From Candidatus Rokuibacteriota bacterium (GTDB lineage: Bacteria; Methylomirabilota; Methylomirabilia; Rokubacteriales; CSP1-6): a stretch of DNA of 64,000 bases. Both the position numbers and the translations under genes were made by a program. Shown one piece after another: positions 18,213 through 26,153 of the stretch (positions are counted from its first letter, which is position 1; each line of letters opens with the position of its first letter). Location: assembly GCA_003221615.1 (NCBI GenBank), contig QHSQ01000108.1, positions 9,678 through 73,677 of the forward strand, read 5' to 3'. The notes below the pieces were generated by a model. That model was not told the origin of the DNA. It saw nothing but the letters and a program-made list of their open reading frames with translations, and did not search any database.

Positions 18213-18695
18213 TCAGCTTGGCGGGGTCCAGGCCGGGCGCGACTCGGTTTCGCTCAGCGGCGCGGCGAATTCTCCCGCCGGCCTGGGGCGCGCGCGGGCT
18301 TCACCGAGCACGCCCCCGACCGTGCGGCTGGCCTCGCTGGCGAAGAGCCGCACCATGCCAACCGTGGTGCGCTCGTCGAAGATGGCGAGGAGGATCGCCT
18401 CGTCGTCGACGGTCGAGACGTGGATCGAGCGCTTCGTGCCCTCGTGGAAGAGCACGCTGAACTCAGGCTCGCCGAGCAGGTGGGCCATCGCCGCGGTGGA
18501 GCTGAAGGCGGCGGCCGCCAGCGCCGAGATGGACACCGCGTCGAGCGCCTGGGAGACGCCGTCCATCGCCAAGAGCTGACCGCTGCGGTCGATCAGGAGC
18601 GCCGCGCCCGCGCCCGATTCGCCGAGGAAGCGCGTCAGGATCTCCCGGATCCGCGTCGCGTCTTGCTGCTGGATGACGGTGTTACGAAGCTTCAT
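18213..18695 (-). CDS. mglB: Roadblock/LC7 domain protein, MglB-like
   Basis: Roadblock pattern (...GAGAALLIDRSGQLLAMDG....LAAAAFSSTAAMAHLLG...FHEGTKRSIHVSTVDDEAILLAIFD...). The start overlaps the mglA 3' end by 14 nt. Confidence 0.8.
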   Translation of the reverse strand: MKLRNTVIQQQDATRIREILTRFLGESGAGAALLIDRSGQLLAMDGVSQALDAVSISALAAAAFSSTAAMAHLLGEPEFSVLFHEGTKRSIHVSTVDDEAILLAIFDERTTVGMVRLFASEASRTVGGVLGEARARPRPAGEFAAPLSETESRPAWTPPS

Positions 18696-19299
18696 CGCGC
18701 CTCTCCCGCTTGCCGCCGAACTCGCTGGCGAGGGCCATGCGCGAGACGGTGTTGAGCGTGTCGAAGACGCCCTTCCCCCTGACGGCCGAGGCCTCGAAGA
18801 ACGGGACGCGCGTGGCTCGGCGGTTGAGGACGAACTCCAGGTAGGTCACGGGCGCCAGGTTCGGCAGGTCACGTTTGTTGTACTGCAGCACGTACGGGAT
18901 CTCGTCGAGCGTCGACTCGTACTCACGGAGATTCGCCTCCAGATCGCGCAGGCTCTCCACGTTTTCGCGCAGGCGGTCGAACTGCGAGTCGGCGACGAAC
19001 ACGAGGCCGTCGGCGCCCCGGAGGACCAGCCGTCGCGTCGCGTTGTACTGGACCTGGCCGGGCACGGTGTAGAGCTGGAAGCGCGTCTGGAACCCGCGCA
19101 CGGTGAGCGCCGACACCGGCAGGAAGTCGAAGTAGATCGTCCGGTCGTCGCCAGTCGCAAGCGAGATCATGTTCCCGCGATTCGCATTCGGCAGGCTGCG
19201 ATGGATGTACTGCAGGTTGGCGGTCTTTCCGGCCATGCCGGGTCCGTAGTAGACGATCTTGAAGTCGATGACCCGGTTCGCGTAGTTGATGACGGACAC
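18682..19299 (-). CDS. mglA: Ras-like small GTPase MglA
   Basis: The product can be aligned along its full length, by eye, to my recollection of Myxococcus MglA. P-loop YYGPGMAGKT, DRTIYFDFLP (intrinsic Arg region), the MglA-specific YTVPGQV in place of DxxGQ, and NKRD (G4). Confidence 0.9.
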   Translation of the reverse strand: MSVINYANRVIDFKIVYYGPGMAGKTANLQYIHRSLPNANRGNMISLATGDDRTIYFDFLPVSALTVRGFQTRFQLYTVPGQVQYNATRRLVLRGADGLVFVADSQFDRLRENVESLRDLEANLREYESTLDEIPYVLQYNKRDLPNLAPVTYLEFVLNRRATRVPFFEASAVRGKGVFDTLNTVSRMALASEFGGKRERRDEAS

Positions 19300-19302
19300 G
19301 GC

Positions 19303-21567
19303 TCAGCTCCGCACCAGGGCGTCCAGACGTGTCGCCGCCCGGTCGAGCTCGATCCGCGCGAGCCCCGGTCGATCGATGCGCCCGACGCCGACCAGCATCG
19401 TCACGCTGCCCGACGCCCCGTCCATCGCCCGCAAGACCAGACGATGTGCGCCGAGCTTCAGGATGACCGAGGTCACCGGGCCGACTTCGGCGCCCTCGAG
19501 TGCGAGGTGCAGATCACGCGCGAATCGCGCGAGCGGGAGCGCGTCGAGTGAGCTCGGCAGGAACAGGCACGCGCTGAGCGCGCCCGCATGGTCACGCAGC
19601 AGGGTCGGCGACACCGGACCGAACGCCGTCAGCGACCCCGCCAGGTCGCGCACCGCGGCCGGAACGTTGGCGGCGCGAAGCTCGAGCCCGGCGCCCGCTT
19701 CACTCCGCGGCCCATTGTGCTTGCCGTTGCCGGCTCCGAGCTGTACTTCCCGCGCCGCGATCCGGCACAGCCGCTCGAGCCAGGCCAGTGACGCGCGCGA
19801 GACGACCGCCGTCAGGAGCATCGCGCCGGCGTCGGGGGACTCGAATGGGGTCAGCACGATCGTCGCCCCGGCCGCTGTCAACGTGGCCTGTGTCACCGGC
19901 TCAGGAAGGCGGGCGTCGGCCAGGAACCCCACGAGCCGCGCCGCCGTGCGCACGACCGAATCTTCGCTGATGGCCGGCGCGACGACCGTGACGAGCGTGG
20001 TACCCGCGCCGTCTCGCTGCCCGATCTCGAGACCATTCAGGAGCGGCGCGAGCAAGGTGGCGATGCGTCGCGCTTGCTCGCTCCTGCCGCTCTCGGCCGC
20101 CACGTTCGCGGGCGCCGCGCTCGCAGAAGGTTCGAGCTCGACGATCGGCTCCGGTCCGGTCAGAAGCTCGGCACCGGGCTCCAGCTCGAATTCTGGCTCT
20201 GGTTCTGCCTCGGCCTCCGGCTCTTCCTCCGGCTCTTCCTCCGGCTCGGTCTCTTCGACCGCCTCGGGCTCGCGCGTCTCGTCCACCTCAGCGACGTCCG
20301 GTTCGGCTGTTTCTTCCACGTCGGGAGCGGCCGCCTCGGGAGGCGCCGGAGCATGCGGTTGGAACGGCGCGGGAAACTCTTCGATGTCGTGGAAGTCGGT
20401 CAGCGGCGTCTGGAGCGCGAGCAACGCCGGCGGGATCTGCGGCACCACTTCGTCGAGCGGCAGCAGCAACGAGCCGTCGGGCAAGCGATCCGCGATCTCC
20501 TCGTGAGTCAGCGCGAGCTCGTCCAGGGGGAACTGGTCGGCGACGACCTCCCACTTGACCGGCGCCAGCCCTTCGCCCAGATGCGGCATCAAGAGGTTTC
20601 GCGGCACGAGCAGCGAGACACCCGGCCGCTGCGCATCTTTCAACCCTTCGCGGCCGCGGGCGAACATCTCGACGGGGAGCTGCTCGGCGATGCGAAAGAA
20701 CGGCACCCGAATCATCGGCTCCGTCCAGTCGAGCGCGCGCTTCGGGGTCGTGGCGCCCGGCTTCGACTCCGCCGACGTGGGAACCGTGCTGCGCGGCGCC
20801 GCCGCTCCCACGACGGGCGGCTTGACGGACGCCGGCGGCGGTACGACCACCGGGGTTGACGGCGACGACGCGAGCGCCTGGCCGGCAGGCGCGGGCGACA
20901 AGACGATAGGGCTGGTCGGCGCGGCTGACGGCGCGATCGCCGACGCGACGACGGCCGCTGGCGCCGCTGGAGGTCGAGCTTGAGCCTGCGCCGCGGCGGC
21001 CTGCTCACGCTTTTGCGCGATCGCCGCGCGGGTAGCGGCGGCCGAATCCGCCGTAGGCCCTCCGAGTGGCCGGGGCGCCCCCAGGATCGCGGGCGCCTCG
21101 GGGCGCCGCTGAGCGAGGACCTCTCGCGCCTCGCGAGCCGCGCGGGGCAACAAGAGCGGCTTGAGGCGCGCGAACACCAGCGGCGCAGCCGTCAGCTGGA
21201 GCAAGGTCACCGCCGGCGAGCCCCAGAGCGCGAACGCGACCGCGGCGCCATAGTTGAGAAGGTCTGGGATCATGAAGAGCGCGCCGGTCGCCACCACGAG
21301 CACCGCATGCACCCCGCACATCGTGGCCGCCGCGCCGAGCACTGAACGGATCGAGAGCGGGCGCACGCTGACGAGCCCGACGAGCACGTAGAACACGGGC
21401 GGGATCACCAGAGCCGGCAGCACGAGCGCCGGCGAGGCTTCGAGCGGTGTGGCGCGAAGGCCCCGGGCGTGAAGGGCCAGCACCGCGCAAGCGTAGAGCT
21501 CGAGACCGAGCGAGAGCTCGAGCGCCCAGACCAGCCTCACCCGCGAGGAGCGTGGCCACGCCATCAA
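19303..21567 (-). CDS. Large multi-domain protein: N-terminal TM bundle, Pro/Ala-rich linker, conserved central module, acidic PE-rich repeat, two C-terminal Roadblock-like modules
   Basis: The ATG overlaps the stop of the upstream REC/Roadblock gene (ATGA). There are 4-5 hydrophobic helices in the first ~140 aa and a low-complexity AP-rich region. The acidic stretch reads EETAEPDVAEVDETREPEAVEETEPEEEPEEEPEAEAEPEPEFELEP. C-terminal segments (...TLVTVVAPAISEDS..., ...VTSVILKLGAHRLVLRAMDGASGSVTMLVGVGR...) resemble the Roadblock/LC7 alpha-beta-alpha pattern; this assignment is an inference. Confidence 0.7.
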   Translation of the reverse strand: MMAWPRSSRVRLVWALELSLGLELYACAVLALHARGLRATPLEASPALVLPALVIPPVFYVLVGLVSVRPLSIRSVLGAAATMCGVHAVLVVATGALFMIPDLLNYGAAVAFALWGSPAVTLLQLTAAPLVFARLKPLLLPRAAREAREVLAQRRPEAPAILGAPRPLGGPTADSAAATRAAIAQKREQAAAAQAQARPPAAPAAVVASAIAPSAAPTSPIVLSPAPAGQALASSPSTPVVVPPPASVKPPVVGAAAPRSTVPTSAESKPGATTPKRALDWTEPMIRVPFFRIAEQLPVEMFARGREGLKDAQRPGVSLLVPRNLLMPHLGEGLAPVKWEVVADQFPLDELALTHEEIADRLPDGSLLLPLDEVVPQIPPALLALQTPLTDFHDIEEFPAPFQPHAPAPPEAAAPDVEETAEPDVAEVDETREPEAVEETEPEEEPEEEPEAEAEPEPEFELEPGAELLTGPEPIVELEPSASAAPANVAAESGRSEQARRIATLLAPLLNGLEIGQRDGAGTTLVTVVAPAISEDSVVRTAARLVGFLADARLPEPVTQATLTAAGATIVLTPFESPDAGAMLLTAVVSRASLAWLERLCRIAAREVQLGAGNGKHNGPRSEAGAGLELRAANVPAAVRDLAGSLTAFGPVSPTLLRDHAGALSACLFLPSSLDALPLARFARDLHLALEGAEVGPVTSVILKLGAHRLVLRAMDGASGSVTMLVGVGRIDRPGLARIELDRAATRLDALVRS

Positions 21568-22412
21568 AGCGCCTGCACGAGCTCCGGCACGGCTTTCCTC
21601 ACGTAGTAGCGCACCTTGCCCAAGACACCTTGATCACCGACCAGCACCGCCAGCAGCGCTGAGGGCCCGACACCGTGCAGCAGCAACGTGCCGGACTCGT
21701 ACTCGAGGATCGTGCCCACCAGCCGCCCCTGGCCGAGCTCGCGTCCGATGCCGTCGGACGCCTCGGCCAGACACGAGGCCAGCGCGCCGGCCACCTCGTC
21801 GGCGTCGGGCGCGAGGTCGCCGGCGGTCTCGATCAGGAATCCCTCGCGATCGGTGAGCGCGACGAAGCGGATGCCCGGCGTGCCGGCGAGCGCCTCCAGG
21901 CGCTTCTTGAGGCCCTGGTCCGACGGCGCGGGGGCGGTCGACGCGGAGGAGGGTCCATTCGACGCGGGCACGGGCGCCGACGACGTGGGTATGGACAGCG
22001 GCGCGGGCGGAGCCGCGGCGGCCGCCTTCTGCGTTCCGTTGGAGCGCCCGGCGAGCAGGTGGTCGATCTTCCGCACGAGGTCGTCGACGCCGAACGGCTT
22101 GAACATCACCTCGTCGGATCGCACCTCGGCGGCCCGCGCCTGGACCGTGCCGTTGTCGATCCCGGAGATCAGGAGCACCGGCGTCGCGCCGATGGCGGGA
22201 TGGGTCCTCACGTACTGGCAGATCTGATAGCCGTCCTTGTCAGGCAGGATCACGTCGCAGATCACGACGTCGGGTCGGTCGCGATCGATCATCAGGATCG
22301 CCTCGGCGCCGGACGCGGCGGCGAGCACCTGAAGCCCACGACCCTCGAGCGCTTTCTCGACGACCTTCCTCACGCTCAAGCTGTCGTCTACCACGAGGAC
22401 CTTCGGCATCAC
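21564..22412 (-). CDS. Response regulator: receiver domain fused to Roadblock/LC7 domain
   Basis: Canonical REC (VLVVDDS..., VVICDVILPDKDG, LLISG, MFKPF), a Ser/Pro/Ala linker, then a Roadblock pattern (...IRFVALTDREGFLIETAGD...ILEYESGTLLLHGVGPSALLAVLVGDQGVLGKVR...). Confidence 0.85.
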   Translation of the reverse strand: MMPKVLVVDDSLSVRKVVEKALEGRGLQVLAAASGAEAILMIDRDRPDVVICDVILPDKDGYQICQYVRTHPAIGATPVLLISGIDNGTVQARAAEVRSDEVMFKPFGVDDLVRKIDHLLAGRSNGTQKAAAAAPPAPLSIPTSSAPVPASNGPSSASTAPAPSDQGLKKRLEALAGTPGIRFVALTDREGFLIETAGDLAPDADEVAGALASCLAEASDGIGRELGQGRLVGTILEYESGTLLLHGVGPSALLAVLVGDQGVLGKVRYYVRKAVPELVQAL

Positions 22413-22418
22413 GTCCTC

Positions 22419-23204
22419 CTAGGAGATGGGAGCCACGGCCGCGTCTGCGCGGCCCTCGTCGATCTCGGCGGCGGCGCTCAGCAAGAGCTGCTTGAGATCC
22501 CGATGAATCGTCTTCGCGGCTTTGACCGCCGTCGCCTCGAGTGGATTGAACGCGAAATTCCCGGTCGCCTCGCCGTGCGCCGCGATCAGCAAGGCCGCGA
22601 AGGCCGTCTCGCCGATGAGCCCGAAGAACTCCGCGTGCACGACCCGTCCGCGGTCGAAGAAGACGGCGCCGCGCCCCGACGGCAGCGTGACCACGAGCTG
22701 GCCGGTCTTGCCGCCGAGCGCGATCGCCTGCGTGATGTCCGGCAGCTCCATCACCGCTAGCGACCCGCGCAGGCCGTGGGCGCCGTCGGGCTGGGGGGCG
22801 GGCGCGGTCGGCTCGCTCGTCGCGACGGGCGGCTGCGCCGCGCGCCCCAGGAGGTTGGCGACCTCGGAGACGATCGCGGTGAGTGGCAAGTCACCGGCAA
22901 GCGTCTGGTCCGGCTTGCCCTCCAGCATCGTCGGGGCCGCCTCATCACCGGGGCTCACGAGCAGCAGGAACAGCACGCCCGTCATCAGGGGATCCTTGCG
23001 GACGATCGAGCATAGCTCGTAGCCGTCGATGTCCGGCACGCCCACACGGCTCACGATGAGATCGGGCCGATTGCGCTCGAGCATCGTCAGCGCGAAGGAG
23101 CCGCTGGTCAGGGCCAGCACGTCGCTGAAGCCGCCCTGGGCCAGGGCCGCCTGCATCGCAGCGAGCCCCGTTCGGTCCGGATCGATCACGATCACGCGCG
23201 GCAT
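22419..23204 (-). CDS. Atypical receiver domain (phospho-acceptor Asp replaced) fused to C-terminal DUF4388/PATAN domain
   Basis: REC-like N-terminus whose acceptor position reads PDLIVSRVGVPDIDG (Arg where Asp is expected). The C-terminus LRGSLAVMELPDITQAIALGGKTGQLVVTLPSGRGAVFFDRGRVVHAEF...GETAFAALL...GNFAFNP matches the DUF4388 consensus pattern. Confidence 0.8.
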   Translation of the reverse strand: MPRVIVIDPDRTGLAAMQAALAQGGFSDVLALTSGSFALTMLERNRPDLIVSRVGVPDIDGYELCSIVRKDPLMTGVLFLLLVSPGDEAAPTMLEGKPDQTLAGDLPLTAIVSEVANLLGRAAQPPVATSEPTAPAPQPDGAHGLRGSLAVMELPDITQAIALGGKTGQLVVTLPSGRGAVFFDRGRVVHAEFFGLIGETAFAALLIAAHGEATGNFAFNPLEATAVKAAKTIHRDLKQLLLSAAAEIDEGRADAAVAPIS

Positions 23205-23211
23205 GGTCGCC

Positions 23212-26130
23212 TCAGGCTCCCGCGCGCGCCGGCGTCGCGACGGCGAGCGACTCGATCAGCTGAACGAAGCTCGCCTCGTCGACCGGCTTGGCCACGTAGT
23301 GCTCCACGCCGAGCTCGCGCGCGAGGTTGACGTGCTTGGCGCCGGCCCGCGTGGTCAGGACCACGACCGGCAGGTCGCATGTTCTCGGCTCACGGTTGAG
23401 GTCGCGGATCAGCTCGTAGCCGTTGAGGCGCGGCATCTCCAGATCCGTGACGATGACGTCCACCGACTGCTCCGAGAGCTGTTGCAGCGCTTCCGCGCCG
23501 TCCCGAGCGGCGACGACGTGGAACCCGGCGCGCTCCAGCATTCCGCCGACGAACCTGCGCACGCTGACCGAGTCGTCGACGAGCAAGACGCGGCGCCTGG
23601 CCTCGACGGCCGGCGCGGCGACCGCCTCGCGCTCGCGACGAAACTCGCCGGCGCGCGGCCGGGCCGACGCCGCGCTCATCTCGAGGAGCTTCAGCGAGTC
23701 GAGCAGCAGGACGACCTGCCCCTGCCCGGTGACGGTCGCGCCGGCGAAGGGCCCGATGCCCTGCAGGAAGGCGCCGAGATTCTTGATCACGATCTCTGCC
23801 TTGCTGAGGAACTCGTCCACGACCACGGCGAGCGTCTTGCGCCCGGTTCGGAGGGTGACGACCGACAGCGGCCCAGCGGTCGCGCGGCCCGCGATCTGGA
23901 GCACGCGATCCAGCCGCACGAGGTCCACGCTCTCGCCCTCGATCTCGATCGACTCGACGCCGTCCATGGTCCGGATCTCTTCCGGACGGACGTGGATCGC
24001 CCCCTTCACGGCCGGGACTGGGATCGCCAGGGTCTGCGGCCCCACGTTCACCATGAGCGCATCGGCGATGGCGACGGTCAGCGGCAGACGTATCCTGAAG
24101 CGCGTGCCGCGCCCCGCCTCGGTCTGCACCTCGATCTCGCCGCCGAGGCGGCCGACGTTCGAGCGCACGACGTCCATGCCGACGCCGCGGCCCGCGGCGG
24201 TCGTCACCGAGGTAGCGGTGGTGAGGCCGGGCAGGAAGATCAGGTCGAGGATGTCGCGCTCGCCGAGCCGCGCCAGGGTCTCGGCCGTGGCGAAGCCGCC
24301 GCGCCGCGCGGCTTCCGCGACGGCCTCCACGTCGATGCCGCGGCCGTCGTCCGCGACCTCGATGTAGATCGACCCACCCTTGTGGGCGGCGCCGAGGTGG
24401 ATCGTGCCCTGCGGCGGCTTGTCCGCACGGCGGCGCACCTCCTCGGGCTCGATGCCGTGGGCGATGGCGTTGCGCACCAGATGGATCAGGGGATCGGCCA
24501 TGAGCTCGACGATGGTCGTGTCCATCTCGACCGTCTCGCCGCGGACCTCCAGCACGACGCTCTTGCCGGCGGCCCGCGAGCCGTCACGCACCATTCGGAC
24601 GAACGGCGCGAAGAGTCGGCCGACGGGGACCATGCGCGCGCGCGTGATCTGACCGCGCAGCTCGCCGCTGAGGCGCTGGACGCCGCCGGCGTCCTCCCGC
24701 ACGACCCGCACCAGACCGGTCAGCTCGTGCTGGATCTCCGTGAGGTCACTCGAGATCTCGCCGACACGGCGGGCGAGGAGGTTGAAGTCATCGTAGCGGT
24801 CGAACTCGAGGTCGTCGAAGAACTCCCCCAGTGGAGACGCGCCCGCCTCGGTCGAGCCCCCGCCCGACGAGCGGACGGGCGGCACCAGACGGTCGGCGTA
24901 CTTCGACTCGAACTCGGCGACGGTCTGGGTCATGCGCGATTGCGTGAACGACAGGAGCTCGCCGGCCTGCTCGAGCTGGACCAGGTGGCGCTCCAGGCGG
25001 CTTCGCGTGATCACGAGCTCACCGACCAGGTTCATCAGCGCGTCCAGTCGATCGAGGCTGACGCGGATGCTCGGACGCACCCTACGCGCTGCGGCCTCGC
25101 GGCCCGAACGGCCCCGCTCCGGGCCACGCGTGACGGGCTCGGGAGCGTGGGCGACGCGCTCGGCGGCCACCGCCGGCTCGAGACGCTCGGGCGCCTCCGC
25201 GACGGATGGCTGGCTCGTCGCGACCGCGCTCACCGCCGCCGCGTCGTCGGCGGTCGGATGCTCGACCGATTGGACGCTTGGCTGAGGCGTCAGCGTCGTC
25301 CCCGTGCCGATCGCCGGCAATGAAGCGAGGAGCCCCATCGCGCGCTCGTAGGCGGTGGCGCGCGTCTCCGCTCGGTCCTCCCCGCTCCGCACGAGGAGGC
25401 GAAGGGCATCGAGGCCGGCGAAGACGGTCTCGATCGCGGCTCGATCCAGCGGGCGCTGATGCTCGCGGATCTGGCCGAGCATGTCCTCGACCCGATGCGC
25501 GAGGTCGCCGACCATTCCGCACCCGACCGTGTAGGCGGCACCCTTGAGCGTGTGGACCGCCCGGAACAGCGCCGCGATCTCGGACTCGGTCGCGCCCTCG
25601 CCCTCGAGCGCGACCAGCGACTGCGCCATCGATTCGAGGTGCTCGACCGCCTCCGGCACGAAGTACTCGAGCACGTCCGCCTGGTCGGTGAAGAATCGGT
25701 CGAGCTCGGCGAGCCGCCGCGACGTCTCATCGGCCGGCGGCGGTGGCGTCGAGGGGACCAACCCCGCGAGTGACTCCGCGATCGCCTCGGCGTCCTCCAC
25801 CCCCGTCTCGCCGATACCGTCGAGCGCCGTCTTGAGCCAGAACACCATGTCGCCGAGTGACGCGAGGGCGCGGCGATCCGTGCCCGGGGGCGTCGCGCCT
25901 ACTCGCTCCACCGCCCCCTCCATCGCCGCGGCGAGACCGGCCACCTGAGGAAAGCCGCTGAGGGCGGCCGAGCCGCGGAGGCGATGCGTCACCACCGCCA
26001 GATGCTCGACCACGGCGGTCGGATCCGCCGAGCCCCGGAGCGTAGCGAGGCCGTCCTCGACGGCGGCGAGGGTGTCCCACGCCTCCATCAGGAAGACACT
26101 CAGGAGAAACTGCCGGTCGTCTTCAGCCAC
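23212..26130 (-). CDS. cheA: Hybrid CheA-type histidine kinase (HPt-HPt-dimerisation-HATPase-CheW-like-REC)
   Basis: GTG start after GGAGG. Two HPt motifs (VVTHRLRGSAA and AVHTLKGAA). Dimerisation segment (RVSLDRLDALMNLVGELVI). ATPase boxes (HLVRNAIAHGIE; DDGRGID; GRGVGMDVV). CheW-like domain, then a C-terminal canonical REC (VLLVDDS...VIVTDLEMPRLNG...KPV). Confidence 0.9.
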   Translation of the reverse strand: MAEDDRQFLLSVFLMEAWDTLAAVEDGLATLRGSADPTAVVEHLAVVTHRLRGSAALSGFPQVAGLAAAMEGAVERVGATPPGTDRRALASLGDMVFWLKTALDGIGETGVEDAEAIAESLAGLVPSTPPPPADETSRRLAELDRFFTDQADVLEYFVPEAVEHLESMAQSLVALEGEGATESEIAALFRAVHTLKGAAYTVGCGMVGDLAHRVEDMLGQIREHQRPLDRAAIETVFAGLDALRLLVRSGEDRAETRATAYERAMGLLASLPAIGTGTTLTPQPSVQSVEHPTADDAAAVSAVATSQPSVAEAPERLEPAVAAERVAHAPEPVTRGPERGRSGREAAARRVRPSIRVSLDRLDALMNLVGELVITRSRLERHLVQLEQAGELLSFTQSRMTQTVAEFESKYADRLVPPVRSSGGGSTEAGASPLGEFFDDLEFDRYDDFNLLARRVGEISSDLTEIQHELTGLVRVVREDAGGVQRLSGELRGQITRARMVPVGRLFAPFVRMVRDGSRAAGKSVVLEVRGETVEMDTTIVELMADPLIHLVRNAIAHGIEPEEVRRRADKPPQGTIHLGAAHKGGSIYIEVADDGRGIDVEAVAEAARRGGFATAETLARLGERDILDLIFLPGLTTATSVTTAAGRGVGMDVVRSNVGRLGGEIEVQTEAGRGTRFRIRLPLTVAIADALMVNVGPQTLAIPVPAVKGAIHVRPEEIRTMDGVESIEIEGESVDLVRLDRVLQIAGRATAGPLSVVTLRTGRKTLAVVVDEFLSKAEIVIKNLGAFLQGIGPFAGATVTGQGQVVLLLDSLKLLEMSAASARPRAGEFRREREAVAAPAVEARRRVLLVDDSVSVRRFVGGMLERAGFHVVAARDGAEALQQLSEQSVDVIVTDLEMPRLNGYELIRDLNREPRTCDLPVVVLTTRAGAKHVNLARELGVEHYVAKPVDEASFVQLIESLAVATPARAGA

Positions 26131-26153
26131 GCCACCTCCAGTCGATCGGAGCC

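Noticed and set aside
20150-20345. Short direct DNA repeats (CCGGCTCTTCCT x2 and related) on the plus strand.
   Set aside because: They are explained as the coding sequence of the acidic PE/EEP low-complexity segment of the 754-aa protein, not as an independent repeat element.
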